Origin: Candidatus Latescibacterota bacterium
GTDB lineage: Bacteria; Latescibacterota; UBA2968; GCA-2709665
Assembly: GCA_965219455.1 (NCBI GenBank)
Contig: OZ244744.1
Location: forward strand, 3,008,001 to 3,072,000
Direction of reading: 5' to 3'
Length of the DNA: 64,000 nucleotides
The notes beneath the pieces were generated by a model, which was not told the DNA's origin, made no database searches, and was given only the letters and a program-made list of their open reading frames with translations. The translations under genes were made by a program, and so were the position numbers. How positions within the stretch are numbered: the first letter of the stretch is position 1; the number at the start of each line of letters is the position of its first letter. Below, one piece after another: positions 1 to 10,354 of the stretch.

Positions 1-988
1 GCGGCAGCAGCACCTTCCACCCCAACCACATCACCTGATCGTATCGAAAACGCGGAAGGGTCCAGCGCACCCACAAGAACAAGAACATGAAGAATCCGGT
101 CTTAACCAGAAATGCGAACACTTTGAGCAGACTGGCGCCGGTCGAGGAACTCTCGGGATCCACGAGCCAGGGCATATGCCAGCCGCCGAAGAACAATGTG
201 GCTATAACGGCAGACGCCGTTATCATGTGCGCGTACTCCGCCATGAAGAACATGGCGAACTTCATACTGCTGTACTCGGCGTGATATCCGGCCACCAGTT
301 CCTGTTCCGATTCCGGAAGATCAAACGGAAGGCGGTTGGTCTCGGCGAACGCAGCCACGGTAAACAACATGAACCCGAGCGGTTGCGTAAATACATTCCA
401 TCCCGGCAAAAAACCGAACAGGGTCTGCTCCGACTGCTGTCTGACGATTTCATCCAGTTGCAGCGTACCCGCGGCCATCAGTACGCCAACCAGCGACAGC
501 CCCAACGCCAACTCGTAGCTGATCATCTGGGCGGACGCACGCAACCCGCCCAGCAGGGCATACTTGTTGTTGGACGCCCAGCCACCCAGCACCACGCCAT
601 AGACACCCAGAGACGACAGCGCGAGAAGGTAAAGAATGCCAATGTTCAGATCCGCGATCTGCAGGCGGACCTCCCGGCCCCAAAGCGTCATGGTATCGCC
701 GAACGGTACGATGGCAAAACCCATCAGCGCGGGGACGAGAATCGCGGGTGGCGCGGCCAGATAGACGAAGCGGTTCACATGCCGGGGAATCACATCTTCT
801 TTGAACAGGAACTTGAGGCCGTCGGCGAGCGGCTGAAGCAACCCCCACGGTCCCACCCGGTTTGGACCCAGACGGTTCTGGATATACGCGCTGATCTTTC
901 GCTCGGCCAGTACGAGATACGCAACCCCGCCCAGAATCCCGGCGAACACCACCGCTATTTTGATGGCACTCTCAATCGCATGATCCAT
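1..988 (-). CDS. nuoH: NADH-quinone oxidoreductase subunit H (runs off window start)
   Basis: Manual translation from ATG at 988: MDHAIESAIKIAVVFAG...LAERKISAYIQNRLGPNRVGPWGLLQPLADGLKFLFKED. Lies directly downstream of nuoG. Confidence 0.93.
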   Translation of the reverse strand, partial: MDHAIESAIKIAVVFAGILGGVAYLVLAERKISAYIQNRLGPNRVGPWGLLQPLADGLKFLFKEDVIPRHVNRFVYLAAPPAILVPALMGFAIVPFGDTMTLWGREVRLQIADLNIGILYLLALSSLGVYGVVLGGWASNNKYALLGGLRASAQMISYELALGLSLVGVLMAAGTLQLDEIVRQQSEQTLFGFLPGWNVFTQPLGFMLFTVAAFAETNRLPFDLPESEQELVAGYHAEYSSMKFAMFFMAEYAHMITASAVIATLFFGGWHMPWLVDPESSSTGASLLKVFAFLVKTGFFMFLFLWVRWTLPRFRYDQVMWLGWKVLLP

Positions 989-996
989 AAGTGCGC

Positions 997-2613
997 CTAC
1001 GCCTCGGCCGCCTGGATTCCAAGGAGCGGTCTGCTCCGATCGCCCTCGTCATCATCGTTTATCCCCTCGAAAGCCGCAACGGTGCCCGCCATGTCGGCCA
1101 TGATCTCTTCAACCCGCGTCTGCGCGGCGTCGCCGCCCATGGCCTGAATGACGTCTCGCAGGATCTCCCAATCCGCACGGGCATCCCCTACAGGCGCCAG
1201 CCCCCGGCGGACACGCTGCACCCGTCCGTCGACGTTGGTAAACGTGCCGTCCTTTTCTATAAATGCCGCGCCAGGCAGGATCACGTCCGCCATCTCCATA
1301 CAACGGTGCGTCAGGACATCCTGAACGACCAGAAAATCCAGGGCTCCGAGGGCCTTGAGTTCCGCGTCCGATAACGACTCCAGAGGATCGCCGCCCAGGA
1401 GATAGAGACCCTTGATCCGTCCCTCCGCGACGCCACGCCAGATTTCCGACGTTTCCGTCAGAGACAACCCCAAACCCTCGAGTACGGTCCGCGCGCCGCG
1501 CGCATTCGGAGACTTATCCGCGTGAATGGTGAAGCCGCTCTTGAACACCACGTCGCCCTCGTCGCTGACTCTGGTACGAACCGCAACGGGACCGCCCGAC
1601 AGCCCACTACTGAAGAGGCTCCCGAATAGATAATGCTCTTCGTTGGTCAGATGAGCCGACGCAATCCCCGCCACGGCGCCATCGCCGTATTCCGCCCTAA
1701 CGCGTTCGAATCCCTCCCTCGTCGCCTCGAGCGCAACCTCCCACAATGCCAGTTCCTGCTCCCCGCCACGTCCCAGCATGGGAAACAGCAGGCGGTCGTC
1801 GCCGTGTACATAACCCCACCCATGGCGACCGTCGTCGCACATCCAGTACTCGTTCACGTCCGGATTCTGACGCGGCACCAGACGGTAGATCCGTTCATTG
1901 TTGTAATCGGCCCTGATGTTGCACCCCGTGCTGCAACCCGGGCAGATCGTGTCGACCGACTTCAGGAACCATACCCGCTGCTTGAAAAGAAACGACTTAT
2001 CCAGCAATGCGCCTACCGGGCAGATATCCACGGTATTGCCCGACAGGCGATTGTCCATCCGGGCCCCGGGAAACACGTCGATTTCGTTATAGACCCCCCG
2101 GTTGAAATACCCCAGTTCGCCGGTGCCCGAAATTTCGTCGCAGAACCGGATACAGCGCGTACATCGGATGCACCGGTCCGAATACAACAACACGTGGTTG
2201 CCGATGTCTTTTTTGGGCTGCACCAGCTTCTTCTCGTGGAATCGGCTTCTATCGGATCCATACGTATAGCTGTAGTCCTGCAGCTCGCACTCACCGGACT
2301 GATCACATACCGGACAGTCCAGCGGATGATTTACCAGCAGGAATTCCATCACGGCACGCTGGTTATCCTTTACGACGTCGGACCGCGTATCCACAACCAT
2401 ACCTTCCGCCGGCATAGCCGAACAGGAGGGTCCCAGGCTGCGCCGCCCACCTACGTCCATCTCTACAAGGCACATCCGGCAGTTTGCCGGCGCACTCAGC
2501 CCAGGGTGGTAGCAATAGTGGGGGACGTATACTCCGTTGTCGATCGCCGTTTGGAGCACGTTCTTTCCAGGAACGATCTCCATTTCACTGCCATCGATAG
2601 TAAATGTCGGCAT
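997..2613 (-). CDS. nuoG: NADH-quinone oxidoreductase subunit G (short 538-aa form)
   Basis: VPHYCYHPGLS..CRMCLVE, NHPLDCPVCDQSGECELQD, RCIRCTRCIRFC, CPGCSTGC Fe-S motifs; operon context. Confidence 0.93.
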   Translation of the reverse strand: MPTFTIDGSEMEIVPGKNVLQTAIDNGVYVPHYCYHPGLSAPANCRMCLVEMDVGGRRSLGPSCSAMPAEGMVVDTRSDVVKDNQRAVMEFLLVNHPLDCPVCDQSGECELQDYSYTYGSDRSRFHEKKLVQPKKDIGNHVLLYSDRCIRCTRCIRFCDEISGTGELGYFNRGVYNEIDVFPGARMDNRLSGNTVDICPVGALLDKSFLFKQRVWFLKSVDTICPGCSTGCNIRADYNNERIYRLVPRQNPDVNEYWMCDDGRHGWGYVHGDDRLLFPMLGRGGEQELALWEVALEATREGFERVRAEYGDGAVAGIASAHLTNEEHYLFGSLFSSGLSGGPVAVRTRVSDEGDVVFKSGFTIHADKSPNARGARTVLEGLGLSLTETSEIWRGVAEGRIKGLYLLGGDPLESLSDAELKALGALDFLVVQDVLTHRCMEMADVILPGAAFIEKDGTFTNVDGRVQRVRRGLAPVGDARADWEILRDVIQAMGGDAAQTRVEEIMADMAGTVAAFEGINDDDEGDRSRPLLGIQAAEA

Positions 2614-2619
2614 CTTTAA

Positions 2620-3957
2620 TTACCCCGGAACCCGTATGGATTTATCCTGGTGAATGGGGCATCGTCCCTCTTCGACGTGGGCCTCGAACTCGCTGCGGAA
2701 CGTTTGTACAAATCCGTGGATCGGATTTGCAAAGGCTCCGCCGAAGCCGCATATGGTTGTCAGCCTTGAAGGCGGGCACAAAAACGGCCCGACGTTGTGG
2801 GCGACGTCAAGCAAAGTATCCAGGTCGTCCGGTTTCGCCAGACCATTCTCAATACGCGACACAATATCCCGCGCCCAGGGGCATCCCTCACGGCACGGCG
2901 TGCATTGACCGCAGGACTCGTGAGCGAAAAAGACCATAAAATTCAACAACGCATCTACCATGCACGTTGTTTCGTCCATCACGATGATCCCGCCCGTGCC
3001 GAACATCCCCTGGAAGTCGCCCCCGCCCGGCGCCAGGAAATTAGACGGATCCATCACGATATCGATCTGGTCGGGTGTCATCGGCGGCGTTGACGCCCCG
3101 CCCGGAATCACCGCTTTCAACTGATGCCCGTCGCGCACCCCGCCCGCGAGATCCTCCACAATCTGGCGCATGGTGACGGAACCGGTTTCCAGTTCGAACA
3201 TCCCCGGATTATTCACATGCCCGCTGACACAGAAAATGAACGTACCCGGAAACCGTTCGCTGCCGATTGCTTTGAACCAGTCTGCCCCCCGGTTCACGAT
3301 ATGGGGCACATAAGACAGCGTCTGCACGTTGTTCACTGTGGTGGGCCGTTCGAAAACACCCTGCTGGGCGGGAAACGGCGGTTTTGCGCGTGGCTCGGCG
3401 CGGTTGCCGTTAAGGGACTGGATCAGGCCCATTTCCTCACCGCAGATATATGCCCCGGCGCCCGGATGGATATAGACCTCCAGATCGTAGCCCGATCCCA
3501 GAATGTCCCGGCCGATGTATCCTGCCGCCCGCGCCTCGGCAATCGCCCGTTCCATGATCGTTCTGGCCTCGAACATTTCGCCACGGATATAGACGTATGC
3601 CACGCTCACCCGCATCGCGTACGACGCGATGATGGTACCCTCGAGAAGCTGATGCGGATTCTGCTCCATCAGATGCCGGTCCTTGAACGTGCCCGGCTCG
3701 CTCTCGTCGGCATTCACACAAAGATAACTGGGCACCCTGGGTTCTTTCGGCATGAACCCCCATTTCACTCCGGCCGGGAACCAGGCGCCTCCCCGGCCGG
3801 CCAGCGACGCCTCCCTCACTTCGTCAATTACCTCGTCCTGCGACGTCCCAAAGGCCTTCTCAATGGCTGTATATCCGCCATGGGCCCTGTAGACGTCGAT
3901 ATTCCGGAGGCCTTCGACGCCGAAGCGTTCGGTAATGATTTTATATTCTTCAGGCAT
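2620..3957 (-). CDS. nuoF: NADH-quinone oxidoreductase subunit F
   Basis: GRGGAWFPAG, NADESEPGTFKDR, GAGAYICGEE, HESCGQCTPCREG motifs. Confidence 0.96.
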   Translation of the reverse strand: MPEEYKIITERFGVEGLRNIDVYRAHGGYTAIEKAFGTSQDEVIDEVREASLAGRGGAWFPAGVKWGFMPKEPRVPSYLCVNADESEPGTFKDRHLMEQNPHQLLEGTIIASYAMRVSVAYVYIRGEMFEARTIMERAIAEARAAGYIGRDILGSGYDLEVYIHPGAGAYICGEEMGLIQSLNGNRAEPRAKPPFPAQQGVFERPTTVNNVQTLSYVPHIVNRGADWFKAIGSERFPGTFIFCVSGHVNNPGMFELETGSVTMRQIVEDLAGGVRDGHQLKAVIPGGASTPPMTPDQIDIVMDPSNFLAPGGGDFQGMFGTGGIIVMDETTCMVDALLNFMVFFAHESCGQCTPCREGCPWARDIVSRIENGLAKPDDLDTLLDVAHNVGPFLCPPSRLTTICGFGGAFANPIHGFVQTFRSEFEAHVEEGRCPIHQDKSIRVPG

Positions 3958-3977
3958 ACCCGATCAATTGGTTTATT

Positions 3978-4457
3978 TCAGGCGGACCGGTCCAGCAACC
4001 GGTCCAGCTTCTCACGCGTCACGCAACGGTGTAGTTCCTCGTTGATCAGAACTGCCGGCGCGCCCTCGCAGGCGGCGATGCACTCCACCTTGGCCAGTGT
4101 GAACCGTCCGTCCTCGGTGGTTTCGCCCACGTCGATATTCAATTTCTCCTTCAGGTATTTCGTGATTTCCCCGGCGCCGCAAAGCGCGCAGGAAAGCGTA
4201 CCACATACATGGATGACATACTTGCCCACGGGCGCTTTGTGGAACATCGGATAGAAACTCACCACACCCGCGGCATGGGCGGGCGGAATATCCAGCATGT
4301 CCGCGACGTACCTCAATCCTTCGAGCGAGATGTACCCCCACTCTTTTTGAGCCAGATGCAGAACCGGAAGGATTGCCGCCTTGCGCCATTCCGGTGGGTA
4401 GTGCGTGAGAATCTCCTCGCACTTCTTTCGCGTCTGTTCAGAAAGCGCGGTCGCCAT
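3978..4457 (-). CDS. nuoE: NADH-quinone oxidoreductase subunit E
   Basis: VCGTLSC and ECIAACEGAP 2Fe-2S motifs; start placed at MATALSEQ. Confidence 0.93.
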   Translation of the reverse strand: MATALSEQTRKKCEEILTHYPPEWRKAAILPVLHLAQKEWGYISLEGLRYVADMLDIPPAHAAGVVSFYPMFHKAPVGKYVIHVCGTLSCALCGAGEITKYLKEKLNIDVGETTEDGRFTLAKVECIAACEGAPAVLINEELHRCVTREKLDRLLDRSA

Positions 4458-4517
4458 ATTTTCGGGTTTCCTGGTACGTGAGACTGCAAATGGCCGACGG
4501 CCGTGCGATGACGACAC

Positions 4518-6290
4518 CTATCGATCCAACTCGCCCGCAATTACATTTATGCTTCCCAGAATGGACACCACGTCGGCCAACATATGTCCGTGCGCCAATT
4601 GCGGAAAACACTGATAATTCATAAACGACGGGGGCCGTACCCTCAGCCGGTAAGCCGACCCGCTCCCGTCGCTGACTATATAAAAGCCCAATTCCCCGTT
4701 GGGACCCTCCGTAGCCAGGTAGATTTCTCCGGGGGGCGGCGCAATACCATGGTGGTCCATCGTTACTTTGAAGTGGTGGATCAACTCTTCCATGCCGGTG
4801 TCTACGTCGTCCTTCTCCGGCAGTATAACCTTGGCGTCATCGACCTTTACGGTGCCCTGGGGCAGATTGTTCACCGCCTGTTCGATAATCCGGATGCTCT
4901 GACTCAGCTCCTCCATCCGGACCAGGTACCGGTCATAGACATCGCCCTTTTCACCCACGGGAATCTCAAACTCAAAATTCTCGTAACCCATATAGGGTTC
5001 GGCCTTCCGCAAATCGTAGTTCACGCCGGACCCGCGCGCCATCGGACCCGTCAAATTCCACGCAATCGCGTCTTCGGCCGAAATCACGCCGATTCCCTTG
5101 GTGCGGTCAATCCAGATCCTGTTTCGGGTCAGCAGCCTGTCCACCTCCCAGACCGCCCTGGGGAATTGCGCGGTGAAATCCGTTACCAGTTCGTGAAAGT
5201 TGTCCGGCACATCCCACCCCAACCCGCCGACCCGCGTATAACTCGTGGTGAGCCGGGTGCCGGTGATGGCCTCGAAAATATTGTACAGGCGTTCACGTTG
5301 TTCAAAGGTGTACAGGAACACCGTCATCGCGCCGATATCCAGTGCGTGCGTGCCCAGCCATACCATATGGTCCGCAATGCGTGAAAGTTCTGACAGAATG
5401 ACGCGTATAACTGTGGCGCGAGGGGGGATCTCCAGGCCCATCAGTTTTTCCACCGTCATCGAATAACCGATGTTGTTGCACAACGGCGACAGATAGTTCA
5501 TCCGGTCGGTCACCGTGACCCACTGGTTATACGTGTGGTGTTCCCCCAGTTTTTCAAAGCCGGTGTGCAGGTATCCTATGTCCGGAAGACACCTGGAGAC
5601 GCGCTCGCCATCCAGTTCGAGGGTGAGCCGCAGGGTTCCATGGGTTGCCGGATGCTGAGGCCCCAGATTCAGGATCATCCGCTCCGAAGCCAGCGGATCG
5701 TCGTCCCGGACATCGTCGTCCTCGAAAGGATTGCCCACGAACCCGGGATCTTCCGGCGCGATGACATCCCGCTCTCCTCGTCCGTTCAGCGGGTAATCCT
5801 TCCTCAACGGGTAATACTTGAAATTCACCGGCATCAATATGCGCCGCAAATCCGGATGTCCCTCGAACCGGATGCCGAACATATCGTAGACTTCCCGCTC
5901 CGGCCATTCGGCACCTTTCCACAACCCGCACGCGGATGGGATGCCGCCCCTTTCTTCGTCCACCTTCGCCCGGATCCGGAAGCGGTGGTTGTGCGGGTGG
6001 GAGTACAGGTGGTAGACCACGTTGTACCGGGCTCCCGGCTGCCGTCCCGGGTACTCGGAATAGTCGACCGCCGTTACATCCGACAGCCGGTCGTAGGCCA
6101 GTTCCGGCTCGTCCCGCAAGAACGCCAGAATATCCGAAACCCGGTCTGCCTCGCAAACGGCCGTCCAGTCGCCGCAGAATTCAGAAACCTCGAGGACGTC
6201 TTCCCCGAACCGTTCCTCCAACTTTCTGGACGTCAGATTCCCAACCGCCACGTCAGCCACCGGTGTCCCGTTTTTCTTTTCTGGGGGCAT
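4518..6290 (-). CDS. nuoCD: Fused NADH-quinone oxidoreductase subunit C/D
   Basis: NuoC EREVYDMFGIRFEGHPDLRRILMP followed by NuoD NLGPQHPATHGTLRL ... GELDR C-terminus. Confidence 0.96.
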   Translation of the reverse strand: MPPEKKNGTPVADVAVGNLTSRKLEERFGEDVLEVSEFCGDWTAVCEADRVSDILAFLRDEPELAYDRLSDVTAVDYSEYPGRQPGARYNVVYHLYSHPHNHRFRIRAKVDEERGGIPSACGLWKGAEWPEREVYDMFGIRFEGHPDLRRILMPVNFKYYPLRKDYPLNGRGERDVIAPEDPGFVGNPFEDDDVRDDDPLASERMILNLGPQHPATHGTLRLTLELDGERVSRCLPDIGYLHTGFEKLGEHHTYNQWVTVTDRMNYLSPLCNNIGYSMTVEKLMGLEIPPRATVIRVILSELSRIADHMVWLGTHALDIGAMTVFLYTFEQRERLYNIFEAITGTRLTTSYTRVGGLGWDVPDNFHELVTDFTAQFPRAVWEVDRLLTRNRIWIDRTKGIGVISAEDAIAWNLTGPMARGSGVNYDLRKAEPYMGYENFEFEIPVGEKGDVYDRYLVRMEELSQSIRIIEQAVNNLPQGTVKVDDAKVILPEKDDVDTGMEELIHHFKVTMDHHGIAPPPGEIYLATEGPNGELGFYIVSDGSGSAYRLRVRPPSFMNYQCFPQLAHGHMLADVVSILGSINVIAGELDR

Positions 6291-6372
6291 GCGTTCGCCC
6301 GATCGTTAGTCGTTAAAAGTCAAATCTTCGGACGCGCCGCCCGTCCGACCGAGAGTATCGTGGCGTCGGTCC

Positions 6373-6738
6373 TCAGTCCCAATCCAGCCCGCCCTTCCGC
6401 CAGACGTACGCAAGCCCGAGAACCAGAACACCAAGGAACACCACCATTTCCGTAAAAATAAAGCTCCCCTGGGCCAGCAAATCCTTAAAGACAACGGCCC
6501 AGGGGAATAAGAACACAACTTCGATATCGAAGACAATGAACAGCATCGCCACAACGTAAAACTTGACGGAAAAGCGCAGCCTGGCATCGCCAACGGGAGG
6601 CACACCCGATTCGTATGGCGATAATTTGACCGGATTGGGACGGTGGGGTCCGAACAGATGCGTTAAAATTAAACTGACGGCTGCAAACCCAACGGCTAAC
6701 GCCATCAGAATAACGATCGGAAGATAGTCGACCAGCAT
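6373..6738 (-). CDS. nuoA: NADH-quinone oxidoreductase subunit A
   Basis: KLSPYESG, FYVVAMLFIVFDIEVVFLFPWA, WRKGGLDW. Confidence 0.96.
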   Translation of the reverse strand: MLVDYLPIVILMALAVGFAAVSLILTHLFGPHRPNPVKLSPYESGVPPVGDARLRFSVKFYVVAMLFIVFDIEVVFLFPWAVVFKDLLAQGSFIFTEMVVFLGVLVLGLAYVWRKGGLDWD

Positions 6739-6822
6739 CTGACCCTGAACCTCCCCACGGGCATAAAAAGCAGCTCCGGAACGGCACTCCTTCCGACGGA
6801 CGACCCGCTTTTCGACGGTGAT

Positions 6823-6851
6823 AGTATATCACAAGGAATATCAAAAGTCAA
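6823..6851 (-). promoter_or_regulatory. Sigma70-type promoter of the nuo operon
   Basis: Minus strand TTGACT-17 bp-TATACT, about 85 bp upstream of nuoA. Confidence 0.7.
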
Positions 6852-7200
6852 GCCATTACCGAAGAATTGATATGCCTCGTTCAGCGTGCGATTTTATGGT
6901 CCGGTCCGGAGCGATATTCAATCCCGCATGGCGCGAAATCGGGCCGGTATTTCACGACTCGAACGGGCGATTATCCGTTGACACTGACTCCGATGTCGCT
7001 CATATTGTCGATCAATGCGCGTCATAATCGGACCGGGATTTCTCAGTCGCGTATTCGTCAGCGATGACCCACGGGTGTCGCCCATCGACAAAGCGAGGAA
7101 ATTCAGGGTGTCGGGAGAGATTCAACACATTCGCAGCCAGGCCGCGAAAAGGGGACAATCCCGCCGGCGCCTGTCTCGAGATACGAACGAGAAATAAGCC

Positions 7201-7779
7201 ATGCTTCGCCGACTTCTGTCGAAATTGAACGCCAAATCACCTTCACCGCCCATGCCTCAACTGGAAATGCTGAGGGACACGCTGAAAAACCTGCCCGCAA
7301 TTCGCATCCCCGACGGGTATGGACTGCGTACTTATCGCTCAGGCGACGAAGCCGCGTGGTGCGCCATCATGGAGGGCAACGTGGGGCGGGATTGGACTCC
7401 CGAAACATGCCGTGAAAAGCTCGTTAACGATCCCCGCTTCCTCCCGGAAAGCCTCTTTTTCGCCACCATTGATTCCCGACCGGTCGGGTCCGCATGCGCC
7501 TGGAGCCGGGATCTGACCGAACGCGTCGTGGGGGAAGTGCACATGGTCGCCGTGCTTGAAAGCCACAGAGGAAAAGGACTGGGGCACCTGGTCAACGCGG
7601 CCGCACTCAACCGACTCAAGGACCTGGGCTATCGCCAGGCGCACCTTCTCACCGACGATTGGCGACTCGCGGCCGTCAGGAGCTATCTCACCGCCGGTTT
7701 CCGGCCGCTTCATACCCACGACAGTCACGCGAAACGATGGTCGGACATCTTCATCCGACTCGGCATCGAGCATGGGTGA
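7201..7779 (+). CDS. GNAT family N-acetyltransferase
   Basis: VAVLESHRGKGLG acetyl-CoA motif A, AVRSYLTAGF motif B; start may be the later MPQLEM. Confidence 0.85.
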   Translation: MLRRLLSKLNAKSPSPPMPQLEMLRDTLKNLPAIRIPDGYGLRTYRSGDEAAWCAIMEGNVGRDWTPETCREKLVNDPRFLPESLFFATIDSRPVGSACAWSRDLTERVVGEVHMVAVLESHRGKGLGHLVNAAALNRLKDLGYRQAHLLTDDWRLAAVRSYLTAGFRPLHTHDSHAKRWSDIFIRLGIEHG

Positions 7780-7887
7780 GAGAACAAAACCGGCGGAGCG
7801 TGACAGGGATCGCTCGTCCCATCGGCGCAACTGTCAAGGCACGTGCGTGCCCTCCATACCGACGCGCCTTGACGACAGGAGGCAGAA

Positions 7888-8955
7888 ATGAAAGCAGCCA
7901 TTCTCCACAAACCGCTGACCCGTGTCTCCGTTGAAGACGTCGACATCGCATCTCCTCGCGCGGGAGAAGTGCTTCTGGATATCGTGGGAGCGGGCGTTTG
8001 TCACAGCGACTATCACTACGTGGACGGACACGTTGTGCCTCGCGCGCTCCCCTGGGTCATGGGACACGAGGGCGCGGGGATTGTCCGTGAAGTCGGCCCC
8101 GGCGTGAGCAGTGTTCGCGAAGGTGACAAGATTATTCTCTCTCTCGACGCGATGTGCGGCCATTGCCGGAATTGCAGCCAGGGCAGCCCGGCGCTGTGCG
8201 AAACCCATCAGGGGGGGTTACCGAGCCGAATTTCCAGGAACGGGACGGTCTATTTTCACAACAGGCCTACCTATACTGAGCAGTCCATTGTATTGGCGGA
8301 TGCGTGTGTTAAGGTTCCGGATGACACGGATCTTCGCAAAGCGTGTCTTATCAGTTGCGCCGTGATTACCGGCATCGGCGCCGTGGTGAATCGCGCAAAG
8401 GTGGAAGCAGGCGCCACAATGGCCGTTTTCGGATGCGGCGGGGTCGGCCTCAATGTCATCCAGGGGGGTGTACTCGCATCCGCAGGGAAGATAATCGCCG
8501 TGGACAAGGTGCCGTATAAATTGGAGTTGGCGGAACAGTTCGGCGCCACGCACGTTGTCAATGCGGATAGCGAAGATCCCGTTCGGCGAATTGTGGAGAT
8601 TACAGGGGGCGGCGCGGACTATGCCTTTGAGGTCGTTGGATTTCCAGCGCTGGTCCGGCAGGCGTTTGAATCGGTCCGCACCAGTGGAACCGCAGTCGTG
8701 GTGGGGGTACAGCCGACCGGCCAGGATATATCCGTTGACGGCGACAGCCTGTTAATGGACCGCGCCGTCATGGGGTCGTGGCACGGGGCTGCCCGAGCCC
8801 GCGTGGATTTCCTCTGGATTCTGGATCTTTATCGGCAGGGAAAGGTCAAGTTGGACGAGTTGATTTCCCGCTATCGCCCGCTGGAAGAGATCAACGAGGC
8901 ATTCGAAGATATGGTCCAGGGTAGAGTCGCGCGAACGGTACTGGTTTTTGACTGA
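7888..8955 (+). CDS. Zn-dependent alcohol dehydrogenase (MDR family)
   Basis: GVCHSD, GHEGAG, CGHCRNC..C, GCGGVG motifs; RBS AGGAGG. Confidence 0.93.
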   Translation: MKAAILHKPLTRVSVEDVDIASPRAGEVLLDIVGAGVCHSDYHYVDGHVVPRALPWVMGHEGAGIVREVGPGVSSVREGDKIILSLDAMCGHCRNCSQGSPALCETHQGGLPSRISRNGTVYFHNRPTYTEQSIVLADACVKVPDDTDLRKACLISCAVITGIGAVVNRAKVEAGATMAVFGCGGVGLNVIQGGVLASAGKIIAVDKVPYKLELAEQFGATHVVNADSEDPVRRIVEITGGGADYAFEVVGFPALVRQAFESVRTSGTAVVVGVQPTGQDISVDGDSLLMDRAVMGSWHGAARARVDFLWILDLYRQGKVKLDELISRYRPLEEINEAFEDMVQGRVARTVLVFD

Positions 8956-9133
8956 GAGGATCGCCGGATAATGCGTCCCTTATACGGTTCGGACTGAGAA
9001 CCGGGTCGTATGGGGATTCGTTCGGATTCCGCAACGAAGACGGCTTTGCAGTGTGTATGGTGTGTATCTAAAGGTGTCTATATATGGGTCCCGAATTGAT
9101 GAGTCGCCCATCGCCCTCGGTAAGGACTGAAAA

Positions 9134-9238
9134 ATGGCTTTGAAGAAATCCCAACTCTATTCATCGCTCTGGCAAAGCTGTGATGAATACAGCGCCAGGG
9201 TTGAGAGCCACCTGAAGAAGATGGGGCTATCGTTGTAA
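9134..9238 (+). pseudogene. hsdM: Collapsed type I R-M hsdM (N-terminus joined in frame to C-terminus, 34 aa)
   Basis: Translates MALKKSQLYSSLWQSCDE-YSARVESHLKKMGLSL*. Both halves match the termini I recognise from long HsdM proteins (MAxKKSxLYSSLWxSCDELRGG...; ...SAxVxxHLKKMG). Confidence 0.75.
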
Positions 9239-9259
9239 GCAGGAAATAGGAGAGACAAC

Positions 9260-10105
9260 ATGTCCGCATTAAATGCGACAAGTGTTCCGACCGTTCCGTT
9301 CGGGCAATATCAGATCAGCCGGCTCATCATGGGCGACAATCCAATCTATGGATATTCACATTTTAACCAGTTACTCTCGGGACATCAGAAGGAAGCCAAC
9401 ACATCCGATCAGGTTATCGCGACCCTGCGCCGCGCAGAAGAAGTGGGTATAAACGCCTGGCAAAATTCCCTTACCGAACGATCGGCCGCCGATCTTCAGC
9501 GATACCGCGACGAGGGAGGTACGATTCATTACTTTTGTCTCAGCGGAGGTGGATACTGGTATGACGATCCCTCGCTGATCGACGAAGCCGCCAAACACAA
9601 TCCCATCGGTATGGCGCCCCACGGAAGTGGTGTTGCCGGGCGGTGTTTTCAGGAAAACCGCCTCGGACATCTTCGAGATATTCTCAAGCGCATTCGTAAC
9701 ACCGGTGTTATGGTGGGGTTGTCGGTTCACAATCCCCGTATCATCGATATTGCCGAAGAAGAAGACTGGGATATCGACTATTACATGACCGCGCTGTATT
9801 ATTTGCAGGGCGCACGGGAGGAATTCGAGCGAAAATTCGGCTATCCGCCACTTGGTGAAATCTATCTCCGCGAACATCGCGACCGTATGTGCCGGATTAT
9901 TCGCAGTACTGATAAGCCGTGTATTGCCTTCAAAGTTCTCGCGGCCGGACGCACTATTGGTTCCAAGAATCAAATTCGCGAAGAATTCGCCTTTACTCTC
10001 GCAAATATCAAAACCAACGATATTCTTCTGGTGGGGATGTATCAGAAATTCAGCGATCAACTTGGGGAAAATGCGGCGATGATAGCTGAATTGTGCCAGG
10101 AATAG
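9260..10105 (+). CDS. Aldo/keto reductase-like TIM-barrel protein
   Basis: PTVPFGQYQISRLIMGDN start, GVMVGLSVH, KPCIAFKVLAAGR. Confidence 0.65.
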   Translation: MSALNATSVPTVPFGQYQISRLIMGDNPIYGYSHFNQLLSGHQKEANTSDQVIATLRRAEEVGINAWQNSLTERSAADLQRYRDEGGTIHYFCLSGGGYWYDDPSLIDEAAKHNPIGMAPHGSGVAGRCFQENRLGHLRDILKRIRNTGVMVGLSVHNPRIIDIAEEEDWDIDYYMTALYYLQGAREEFERKFGYPPLGEIYLREHRDRMCRIIRSTDKPCIAFKVLAAGRTIGSKNQIREEFAFTLANIKTNDILLVGMYQKFSDQLGENAAMIAELCQE

Positions 10106-10354
10106 TCGAGTTTGAATTGGCGGCAGGCTACCTGCGGGTGATGTTACGCAAAGGTTGACTGCGACCTGCATCTCGGACCGCACAACGCGAAAAGAAACTC
10201 GCTCAGGGCGCCGATCGTCGCCGCTTATATTGGCAAACACAATCCGAAATCACAACCTCGCAAACCTCGCACTTCTAAAACCACACCGATTGTCTCACTT
10301 TGAAATAGGCGAAACGCAATCCCCATTTCCATAACGCTTCAACGGTGATTTCCA

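Noticed and set aside
176-1147. 323-aa plus-strand ORF and similar long antisense ORFs (1633..2619, 3124..4254, 35636..36826, 40975..42285, 48938..50290, 59779..60879)
   Set aside because: They are shadows of well-supported genes on the opposite strand in GC-rich DNA and carry no motifs of their own.
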